This document shows, piece by piece, positions 36,726-48,303 of a DNA stretch of 64,000 nucleotides (positions are counted from its first letter, which is position 1; each line of letters opens with the position of its first letter). The position numbers and the translations under genes are program-made. This DNA is from Octopus sinensis (lineage: Eukaryota): positions 9,672,001-9,736,000 of the forward strand of contig NC_043017.1 of assembly GCF_006345805.1 (NCBI RefSeq). The letters are read 5' to 3'. The notes under the pieces are model-generated. The model was not told where the DNA came from and did not search any database. It was given only the letters and a program-made list of their open reading frames with translations.

Positions 36726-37952
36726 TGTCTGTTTTCCATGCTGGCATGGGTTGAACAGTTTGTCCATAATCCTAGCTAATCAACTGCCATTTAGAGTTAC
36801 TACTCTCTTTGATAGAGTGGTGGGGTGCGATCAGGGAATAGCCTCTTGTTCTTACATTTCATGTGGTATGATTTCTTTAGCTGGATGCTTTTCCTCTCCC
36901 CAACCTTTTTACAAAGTGTACAGGGTGTTTTATTGTGGCACCAGCATCAGGGAGGTGTCGCTATCCTCAGACCACAGACTACAAGATCTTCTCTACCCAA
37001 CATCTGTAAACCACTGGATGTCAAAGGTCCGATGCAAGGCTGTTTTCTATTGTAAAGCCCCAAACGTTGCAGCCCATCTATTTTAGCAAGCTTCTTACCA
37101 CATGGCCACCTTTGTCTCCTTTTTTCTTTCTATCTTTCTTATGGCTGCATGGTTAAGAAGTTTGTTTTGCAACTACACGGTTCCAGGTTCAGTCCCACTG
37201 CATAGCATCTTGGACAATTGTCTACTAGTTTGCCCTCATGCTGACCAGTGCTTTGTGAGTGAATTTGGGAGATGGAAACTGTGTAGAAGCCTGCCATATA
37301 TGTGTGTTTGTGTTTGTCCCCTGCCACCACTTGACAACTGTCATTGATTTTTATTCTTTTACATGTTTCGGTCATTTGGCTGTGGCCATGTTGGAGCACC
37401 ACCTTCAAGGGTTTTAGTCGAACAACTCAACCCCAGGACTTATTCTTTGTAAGCCTAGTACTTATTCTATTGGTCTCTTTTGCTGAACTGCTAAGTTACA
37501 GGGACATAAGCACGAGACAAACACAAAGCCACACCAACGTAAGGATATACATCAGGCATGTGCCACCAGTAATTACCCAGGGTAGGCAGTTGGTGACGTT
37601 TATGTAGTAAAACACACAAAAAATAAGTGAAACACAGATGCATGACTGAGTTGGAGGCAGATTTACTTCTGCCTTTATAGCACGTAAAGAAGACGTTGTA
37701 GGAATGCACGCAGCATGTTTGCTACAGCAGTTCTGTGCATAGCTTAAATACTGAGATTCAAAGGCAGGAGCGAATTATGCCTATCTAATCTACAAAAAAA
37801 TAAAATATGTTGCATTTTATGCATAATAATTGGAGTAACTTTTGTAGTTTTATTGAATTAGGTGCATATTTTGCCATAAAAGGAAAATGTTACTATCAAC
37901 CTAGTTTATTCAAGGTAGGCACAGCCTATCATGCCTACCTGGATGGCACATC

Positions 37953-38037
<85 letters not shown>

Positions 38038-38040
<3 letters not shown>

Positions 38041-38250
38041 GAGCCGGCAGAAACGTTAGCACGCCGGGTGAAATGCATAGCCGTATTTCGTCTGCCATTA
38101 CGTTCTGGGTTCAAATTCCGCCGAGGTCGACTTTGCCTTTCATCCTTTTGGGGTCGATAAATTAAGTACCAGTTATGCACTGGGGTCGTTGTAATCGACT
38201 TAATCCGTTTGTCTGTCCTTGTTTGTCCCCTCTGTGGGTAGTAAAGAAAT
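38038..38250 (+). mobile_element. SINE family B (other copies 27312-27540 plus; 26515-26715, 39143-39349 and 49462-49632 minus)
   Basis: ggtgagccggcagaaacgttagcacgccggg...ttcaaattccgccgaggtcgactttgcc consensus. Confidence 0.88.
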
Positions 38251-39351
38251 ATATATATATATATAGGATGGGCTTCTTTCAGCGTGAGGCTATGGTAGAA
38301 GACACCTGCACAAGATGCCATGCAGTGGAACTGAACCCAGAACCATGTAGCTGGGAATCAAGCTTCTTACCACAGCATTCCCATAACTTATGAGTTCAGC
38401 AACTGATAGAATAAGTACCAAAATTAAAAAAATAAAAACAAGTTCTGTGGCCAAATAATTCAACTAAAACCCTTTGAGGAATTGCCCCAGCATGGCCGCA
38501 GTCCAATGACAGAAACAAATAAAAAACAAAAGACGCAAGGTTTTTCTCCTCTTTTTTCTAAAATTATATCTTTTTTTTTTGTTTTGTTTTGTTTCTTTTT
38601 TTCCTTTGCATTAACACAGAATCTCTTGTTTTATTTTTCGATATCATAATTTCCACTCGGTACACATCTCTTCTACCCTACTTTCTCTCATATCCATGTT
38701 CTTACAATTTGCAAGTCTTACATCGTACCAATTTTCACTGCCATACAATATTCTCTCTGCTTTAAACTTTGCTATTAACAATCTCTTCCAATTATTGCCT
38801 CTGGAACTGGTTGCTGCCATTTTATATCTGTTCTATCACTTTGTGTGTTAATGTATGTGTGATTTTTGCAGTCTTGCTCAAGCATATTGGTATTTTGGCT
38901 TTAAATGGATTCAAATGGACTTGTCCATGTGTGTACATACATGCTCACACACACACACACACTTGTATTTATTTATGTATGTATTTGTGTTTGTGTCTAT
39001 GCACACATATACACATGTAGATACTTACACACATTTGCATGTGCATGCACACACACAGAGCCTTGCACATGCATATCTATCTGTCTGTTTAGCTAGCTGT
39101 ATATATGTGTGTGTGTATGTGTATATATATATATATATATTTCTTTACTACCCACAAGGGGCTAAACACAGAGAGGACAAACGGATTAAGTCGATTATAT
39201 CGACCCCAGTGCGTAACTGGTACTTATTTAATCGACCCCGAAAGGATGAAAGGCAAAGTCGATCTCGGCGGAATTTGAACTCAGAACATAACGACAGACG
39301 AAATACGGCTTCGCATTTCGCCCGACGTGCTAACATTTCTGCCAGCTCGAC

Positions 39352-39387
<36 letters not shown>

Positions 39388-40235
39388 GCACACACACACA
39401 TACACACATTTAGTTTTAACTGTTGGAAAAAGCAAAGAAGTACAGAATCCCATAACTACTCCCCTGTAGACCCTGTGCACCTACAGATAAAACTCAGAGT
39501 TGCTTGAAGCCCATTCACACTGTATATATTATATTCTTGTTTCAGTCATTTGACTGCAGCCATGCTGGAGCACTGCCTTTAGTCGAACAAATCAACCTCA
39601 GGGCTTATTTTTTGTAAGCCTAGTACTTATTCTATCAGTCTTTTTTGCCAAACTGCTAAGTTACAGGGACGTAAACACACCAACATCAGTTGTCAAGTGA
39701 GGGCAGGGGGACAAACACACACACACACACATGTATGTATGTATGGATGGGTGGATATATATGACCGGCTTCTTTTAGTGTTCATCTACCAAATCCACCC
39801 CCAAGGCTTTGGTCAGCCTGAGGCTGTAGTAGAAAACAATTGCCCAAGGTGCCACACAGTGGGACTGAACCCAGAACCATCAGTTACAATTTATAAGACA
39901 TTTTACATAAGTCTGAGAGAGGAAACAATATACATGCATACCCTCCCACACATGCACACAGTCAGGATTTGAACCAGCTATCTAGCAAGTGTATTGCTTT
40001 CCTGCTGACTCCGTTTACACCAACAACAGCAATTTAGTTCCGACAGACTAAAATAGTAAACGTTCTGTGTGGTGTTGATAGTAATATGGCCACCCACCAA
40101 GAAATAGAGGCATAGTTTGGGTTCTGTTGTTGACCTTGTTCTTTTTTTCTGTCTCAAATTAATACTTATAATGTCTTGTTTATCATATAATATTTATATA
40201 TGTATGTGGTGTATAATATGCATAAATATCTGTTG

Positions 40236-40271
<36 letters not shown>

Positions 40272-40731
40272 CACACACACATTTTGTAGTGTAACACTTG
40301 ATATTCTAAGATTAATATTAATCCAAAAACATGAAAAGCAAGCAAGAAAAAAATAAAAAAAGAATTGTGCTATAATGCCCCTACAGCAGAAATTGAACCA
40401 AGCATCTCTTGCTGACCAAGCAAGTATGCTAACCACCGCTCTTACCAAGGGTATCCTAGCTGTTACTTCAAAAATGAAATGCATGTTTTTTTTTGTTTTT
40501 TTTTATTTTCCCTTCTGCTAAGTGACTCTTATCTTGCCATAGACACAGATTGTCTATTTGTATACGATACATTTACTTAGTAATTTGACTTCTACAACAA
40601 GAGATTTGGTTTCAATTCCCACTAGGGAGGCATCATTGCATTAATTGTGAAATTTGCTGTTTAGCTGCATCACTGACATGGGTGTATATTTGTATGTATA
40701 CATGTGTTTATGTATGGATACATGTATATGC

Positions 40732-40764
<33 letters not shown>

Positions 40765-41035
40765 TGTATAGATATATACAATAAACAGTACTATTGCAAA
40801 GCAAATTGTATAACTTATATATTTACACACATATGTATATGTATATATATATGTGTGTGTGTGTATATAAATATATAAGATATAGTTCAAACACACAAAT
40901 ACACTGAAGGTATATTGTAATATTGAGACAAAATTCTCTAGCCAAAAACACTAATTTCTGTCTTGTTCTTATCTATATTGGTATGAAATAAAATATTTAC
41001 ACAAAAATATAAATTCATATGCATATTTATGTAAG

Positions 41036-41092
<57 letters not shown>

Positions 41093-41577
41093 TATATATG
41101 TTGAAAAGTTTTTATAAAAAAATACTTGCTCCAGACATGATATTTGAATAAAGATTTTCTTAAAATAAAAATTATTACTTATTTAAAAAAAAACTGTCTT
41201 AGAAAAACAGACTGGCACGAACTTTTTGGTAGGAAATTTCTATGTTGAGTAAACACTTTCATTGTTCAGTTTTTCTCAAAAAAAAAACGTCATTAGATAA
41301 CCACATCGAGGTTTATGTCATTCTGTTTTTCTGAAAAAAAATTTTTAAATAGTTGATAATTTTTAAGAAAATCTTTCTTCAAATATGCTTTTATATATAT
41401 ATATATATATATCATGTTTTCACACTTTCTACTAATGTCTTGTCTTACTCAACCTTATCTCTTTGCCTTGTTCTTTCTGTCCCCTATTTCGAATACTAAC
41501 CCTTTCCCAAACTTCTGATGCTTTTTTCTTTTTTTTTTTTTTATCTTTTTTCTGTCTTGTTCTCATGTCTGCTGTAG

Positions 41578-41780
41578 CTGGGGGCAAGAAAACTGCCTCG
41601 AGGTTAGGCTAAATGGCCTTTTCAAAATCTAGGAGAGGAAAACTACTGAAACTTAATTGGAAGACGATTCCCTTGTCGTCGTCGAGGTGGTCTTTCTGGC
41701 CACACAGCTGGTGCGAAAGCATGTTCTCCTGCTGCCGAACTGGTCACGAGCCTGTAACGGCCCTTTTACCAATGAAGCCT
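41578..41780 (+). CDS. Candidate exon; if ATG 41613 is used, 56 codons MAFSKSRRGKLLKLNWK...TALLPMKP ending at a phase-0 donor
   Basis: Strong acceptor (long poly-Y, tgctgtag|C), donor CCT|GTGAGT, GC-rich unique island; the frame running from the acceptor contains two stops. Confidence 0.35.
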
Positions 41781-42728
41781 GTGAGTGCCCCAGCTATCAC
41801 TAAAAAAAAAAAAAAAAAAATTAATAATAATGATTTTAAAAAATACACACCCCGCAGTCTGGTCCTTTCTTTTTCTTAATTTTCGTTTTTCCTTGTGTCT
41901 CCCCTAGAAAACCTGCCCCTTTAGCCAGTATTCCTTTTGTTCTTTTACCTCCCACTACTACAATTTGACATTGTGGTCTTTTTTTTTTTTTTTTAACCAA
42001 CATGTCTGCATGCTGTCAGTCTTCCTACATAATTTGCAAAAAACCACTTTTGACATTTGTTCCAAAGATTATTGGTCTTTCTGCTTAGTCTTCCACCGTC
42101 ATCAGTCTTATATTTTTGCTTATCTCTTGGCTTCATTTTAGATATATTTTTGTTGCAGTCATTCTCCTGACATTTTCTTTTCTTGTTGTTAATATATATA
42201 TATATATTTATATATATATTTATTTATTTATTATGTATATACAATGTGTTATTTACATTTAAATTCAAGGAAATGTAGTGGAAATATACTTTGTAGCTCA
42301 GAATGTATAACTTGGATAAAACTTTAAACTGTAACCACATGGTTCAAATTGAACTGCATAGCTGAAACTGTAACCACAAACTTCAAATAGTTCCATGTGT
42401 CTAAAATTGTAACCTAATGGTTCGAATTTTAACCATGCTGCTCAAATTCTAACTGCATGGCTCAGTTTGTAACCATACAGCTCAAATAGTAATCACACAC
42501 AAATGTATTGGATAGCTCAAATGTTGTCATATAACTACATTGAATAGATGTAATACGTTAAGTAGTTCCAATGTATGAAACAACACAAGTGGAAGAGAAG
42601 GCCCCGAATATCTGAAATGTACCCCCATAACGCAAATATATTAAACAGCTCAAGTGTACTGTGTAACTCAAAAGTACGAAACAGATCAAATAATAGCACT
42701 GTACTCCAATATGTTAGATAGCACAAAT

Positions 42729-43060
42729 CGTCATCATCATTATCATCATCATCATTAAACGTCTGGTGTCCATGCTGGCATGGGTTGGATAGTCTGACCA
42801 GGGCTGGTAAGCTGATGAGTTGCACCAGACTCCAGTCTAATTTAGCATGTTTTCTATAGCTGGATGCCCTTCCTAACGCCAACCACTCCGAGAGTGTAAT
42901 TGGTGCTTTTACATCCCAGTTTCATGACACCGGTATCTGTCCCGACTACAATTTCACTTGGTTTGATAGGTCTTTTACTCAAGCACGACATATTATCAAA
43001 GGTGTCAGTCATTTCTCATTGCCTCCATGTGGCCCAATGCTCGAAAAGTTCTTTTTACGA
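42729..43060 (-). mobile_element. RTE-like LINE 3' end with decayed ORF2 C-terminus (family C)
   Basis: Minus translation RALGHMEAMRND*HL**YVVLE*KTYQTK* resembles the LG..EAM..DR..WR..V end of RTE ORF2, followed by the family C 3'UTR and (GAT)n tail. Confidence 0.65.
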
Positions 43061-43258
43061 GCTACTGGTACAGGTACCAGTTATAAATATACTACACAAA
43101 TAAATTAATGAGCTAAAATTTGCTACATGACTCAAAACTATTAACCTAAATGTATCATGTATCATGATATACTAAGAGAAATGTTAAATGACTCAACCAT
43201 GTGGTTGAGAAGCAAACTTCTTACTACACAGCCACATCTAATTTTTCTTTTTTAAGCC

Positions 43259-43492
43259 AAAACAATGCAAGCTAAAAATTAAAACTACAAGTCAATGATT
43301 AACACTATTACCTGGTATTTCAATTTATCTCAAGGTTAGGCCAGGCCCCCTTCTTCAGGAAATCTGTGGAGCTATCAACATTTCTCTGTAGATTTCCTGA
43401 AGAAGGGGTCCTTCCTTTGAAATAAATTGAAATACCAGGTAATAGTATTAATCATTGACCTGTAGTTATTAATTTTTAGCTTGCATTGTTTT
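43259..43492. mobile_element. ~235-bp imperfect foldback element (MITE-like)
   Basis: aaaacaatgcaagctaaaaatt...attacctggtatttcaatttat pairs with ataaattgaaataccaggtaat...agcttgcattgtttt; inner ccccttcttcaggaaatct/agatttcctgaagaagggg. Confidence 0.8.
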
Positions 43493-43983
43493 AGTTTTTA
43501 AGAAGGGCATCCAGCCATAAAAGCCGTGGCAGAAACAGACGCAGAAGTCTGGTGCAGTCATCTGCCTGGTCAGCTCCTGTCAAACCGTCCAACCCATGCC
43601 AGCATGGAAGGAAGACGTTAAGCGTTAAATGATGACGATGTTATAGGTGCAGATGTGGCTGAGTGGAGAGAAGTTTACTTCCCAACCACATGGGTCTAGA
43701 TTCAGTCTCATTGCTCCACACCTTGGGCAAGTGTCTTTCTACCACACCCTTGGGCAGACCAAAGCCTTATGTGTATGTTTTGTCAAAGAAGCCCATCATG
43801 TGTGTGTGTGTCTATCTGTCTGTCCCCCATGACTTAGCTGTTTAGCAAAAGAGACCAACAGAGTAAGTATCAGGCTTTAAAAAAGGAAAAAATAGATACT
43901 GGGGTCAATTCATCTGACTAAAATTCTTTAAAATGGTGCCCCAGCATGGTCGCAATCTAATGACTGAAACAAATGATAAAAAG

Positions 43984-44046
<63 letters not shown>

Positions 44047-45545
44047 TTCACGCTTTCTCATTCAATATGATGTGTAGGTTCCTATTGTTTTTTATCATTC
44101 AAGATGATAGGGTGTGATTTGAGAGGGATTTGGTTAGAATTTCTAGCATGTCAGGTATTAAAGCTCCTTTATTGACTCAAAAAATATGGAACGCTTCACA
44201 GATCTTGTGAGTGTGTGTGTGTGTACACATCATATTTACATACATATCTGCTCATATACATACAGATACACACATATTTGTGTATGTGTGTATATATATG
44301 TTTATATATACTCACACACACATATATATATATAGAGAGAGAGATAGGTATGTATAGATGTATCCGTATATGTTTGTATGTATATATATTTGTGTGTGTG
44401 TACACATCATATTTACCTACATACATATCTGCTCATATACATACAGATAAACACATTTGTGTGTGTGTATATATATGTTTATATATACTCACACAGATAC
44501 ATATACACACACACACACACACAAACATATATATATATACATAGAGAGAGATAGGTATGTATAGACGTATCCGTATATGTTTGTATGTATATATATATAT
44601 GTGTGTGTGTGTGGGTGGGTGTAAATATAATTGTGCATGCTATGTTTACACGCATACACTCACATACACACATTGACATACAAATATATTCTTTTTTTGT
44701 GGAAAGCAACTATTCTCATGCAACAAAAATAAAGCTGAAACGAAATAATTCCGCTATCTCTATTTCTGATATTTGCATGAATGAGTAAGATAATCTTCGT
44801 TAAACATTCGTTAATTTAATTAGCGAATCTGTGGAATTTGACGGGCCAAGTGTTAATACTTCTTTACGCCCACACACACACACACACATACTTAATTGTT
44901 GGGTGGTTGGGGGCGGAGCAAGGGTGGGGGATGGGGTGGAATGAAGAATTAGTGTTCTCTGATTACAGAGTTTGCCAAAGGAAGTTTGGCAGAAGACCAT
45001 TCCTGTCTCTCTCTTCATCTTTCTCTCTCTTTCCCACCCCTTCTCTCTCTCTCCCTTTCTCCTTTTTTTCTGCCTCCCTTTCTCTCTCTCTCCCTTTCTC
45101 CTTTTTTTCTGCCTCTCTTTCTCTTTCTCTACTTTTACTTTTGCTTTCTCTTTCTCTCTCTAACTTTCACCCTATCTCCATCTTCTACTCTCTCTCTCTC
45201 TCTCTCCTCTTCCTACTGCTACATCTACTCATTCACCTGTGCGTACTTACACATTCACATGCAAAATTACACACACATGCACTCAGATGCAATTACACAC
45301 ACACGCACTCGCACAGCTAGGTACAGTTACACTCATCTAAAGATGTGTGTGGAGATGGTCACATATTCACTCAGTTTGACATGTTAACACAAGCACTCAA
45401 TTACACATACACAAATACACACACACTTGCCTACGCAGTCATATGGCACACATGCACATAGTCACATGCATACACATTTAGTTACATGCATACTCACACA
45501 CTACACTTGTAAATTACATGTCTATGCACACAAATGTTTGTATGC

Positions 45546-45577
<32 letters not shown>

Positions 45578-45701
45578 ATGTATGTATGTATGTATATAAT
45601 ATACACACACACATACAACTGCATCCACATATATATATGTATATATGTGTGTGTGTACCTACATACATATCTGTTCATATACATACAGATACACTCATAT
45701 T

Positions 45702-45748
<47 letters not shown>

Positions 45749-45863
45749 TATATATGTACTATACACACACACACATACAACTGCATCCACATATATAAAT
45801 GTATATATGTGTGTGTGTACCTACATACATATCTGTTCATATACATACAGATACACTCATATT

Positions 45864-45896
<33 letters not shown>

Positions 45897-46930
45897 GTTT
45901 ATATGTACTCACAAATACATATACACACACACACATATAGAGAGAGAAAGAGAGAGGCGGGGTATGTATAGATGTATCCATATATGTTTGTATATATGTG
46001 TGTGGGTGTAAATATAATAGATGTGTATGTGTTTATATATATATATATCTACACACATGGATGTATGTATATGAGGATATTAATATAAAATCATTCAGTA
46101 CTATGTTTAATACAACTCTTACAGTGGAAATATATACCCAAGAGCTACACACACACACACACACAGACACACACACAATATGACACGCACTTAATTTGTT
46201 TCAACCATGAGTGGGATAATCCTGTTCTTAAAAGGTATTAAGAAACCTGAATACTCTGCTCATGCAATCACGCACACACATAGACACTGAAGTGGTGTCA
46301 TGCTACATGCATTCTGTTTTACACACACGCACGCTCCAACTTACACGCTAAGCATTGTATATGTGTATGTATATATTGTGTGTGTGTGTGTTTGTACAGC
46401 TTTTTAAATTCTAATTTAACTTTTGACACTTGTGTTAATGAATTTTGAGCTAGCTTTAATCCCCGTTAATCAAACACTGGAACCTTTAGCCCTCTGCTGT
46501 TTCTGCTGCTACTGCCACCACCACCACCACCACTACCACCACCACTCCTCCTCCTTATTCTTAAGGGCTTCCCTCTGGGACTCTTTCACAGACAAGGTTT
46601 CACAAGTAGGACTGTTAAAACTGTATTCTGTCTTTTTAACAAGTCCTAATCCTGACCCCGTTTTGCTCCAGCTACCCTTTGTAGGAATATTTGAATAGAT
46701 TAGGATCATTTCCCTCCCTAATCCTCCTCCTCTAATCTCATGAAAGTGGGGAGGAGTGGTTGTGTTGGTAGGAAAGAAACCCTTGTAAATCTGTTTGTCT
46801 CCCTCGTCTTTCTTCAGTCACTGGATGGCAGCCTTGCTGGAGCAGTGTCTTCTGCTATAGCCTTGGGCCAACCAAAGCCTTGTGAGTGGATTTGGTAGAC
46901 GGAAATTGAAAGAAGCCTGTCGTATATACG

Positions 46931-47008
46931 TATATATATGTAATCATCATCATCATCATCATCATCGTTTAGCGTCCGTTTTCCATGCTAAACGATGATG
47001 ATGATGAT

Positions 47009-47020
<12 letters not shown>
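46931..47020. repeat. Hairpin made of two family C tail tips, tails outward, within a SINE A (TA)n
   Basis: tatatatatgtaatcatcatc...gtttagc / 13-nt loop / gctaaacgatgatgatgatgattacatatatata. Confidence 0.9.
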
Positions 47021-47049
<29 letters not shown>

Positions 47050-47889
47050 TTATATGTTTGTGTGTCTGTGTTTGTCCTTCTAGCATTGCTTGACAACCGA
47101 TGCTGGTGCGTTTATGTCCCCGTCACTTAGCGGTTTGGCAAAAGAGACCGATAGAATAAGTACTGGGCTTACAAAGAATAAGTCCCGGGGTCGATTTGCT
47201 CGACTAAAGGCGGTGCTCCAGCATGGCCGCAGTCAAATGACGGAAACAAGTAAAAGAGTAAAAAGAGTAAGAGAGCTATGTTCTTTTATTTATTTATTTA
47301 GTTTGAAGTCTGGTACTTATTCTTTTGGTTTTCTTTTATTGAACTGCTAAGCTATAAGGAGGTAAACAAACCAATCTGGGTTGTCAAGCAGTTTATGTAT
47401 TTGTGGAAGGGAAATAAACGCACACTCACAAACATTTATACATTTTGGGCTTCCATCCACCTACTGAATTTACTCACAAGGCATTGATCAAGCTTGGGTT
47501 ATAGTAAACGACAAAATGACACTTGGTCAAGATTCCACCCTGTGGAACTGAATCGAAAACCATGTGGTTGCAGAGTGATCTGGGGTTGAATAAATAAGTA
47601 CCAGTTACTCACTGGAGTCAATGTAATTGACTTGATCCTCTCCTCCGAGCTACCCTTGTGTCAAAAATTTGAAATCATCATCATCATCATTATTTTTATT
47701 ATCAAGGTGGCAAGCTGGCAAAGTTGGTAGCACACCAGGCAAAATGCCACAGTTAACTTTGCCTTTCATCCTCTCAGGGTCGATAAAATAAGTACCAGTT
47801 GAACACTGGGGTCGATGTAATGAACTTGCCCACTTCCCTGAAATTGCTGGCCTTGTGCCAAAATTTGAAATCTATTATTATTATACCAG

Positions 47890-48303
47890 TGCTGGTGGTA
47901 CGTAAGAGAACCATCCGAACGTGGCCTCGTGCCGGTGGCACGTAAAAAGCACCATCCAATCGTGGCCGTTGCCAGCCTGGCCTGGCCCCTGTGCCGGTGG
48001 CACGTAAAAAGCACCATCCAATCGTGGCCGTTGCCAGCCTGGCCTGGCCCCTGTGCCGGTGGCACGTAAAAAGCACCATCCGATCATGGCCGTTTGCCAG
48101 CCTGGCCTGGCCCCTGTGCTGGTGGCATGTAAAAAGCACCCATTACACTCACAGAGTGGTTGGCGTTAGGAAGGGCATCCAGCCGTAGAAACATTGCCAG
48201 ATCAGACTGGAGCCTGGTGCAGCCTTCTGGCTTCCCAGACCCCAGTTGAACCGTCCAACCCATGCTAGCATGGAAAGCGGACGCTAAACGATGATGATGA
48301 TGA
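47890..48303 (+). mobile_element. Family C 3' end with 62-bp VNTR (~4 units)
   Basis: gtgccggtggcacgtaaaaagcacc at 47929, 47991, 48053 and 48116, then the standard 3' end and (GAT)n. Confidence 0.88.
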
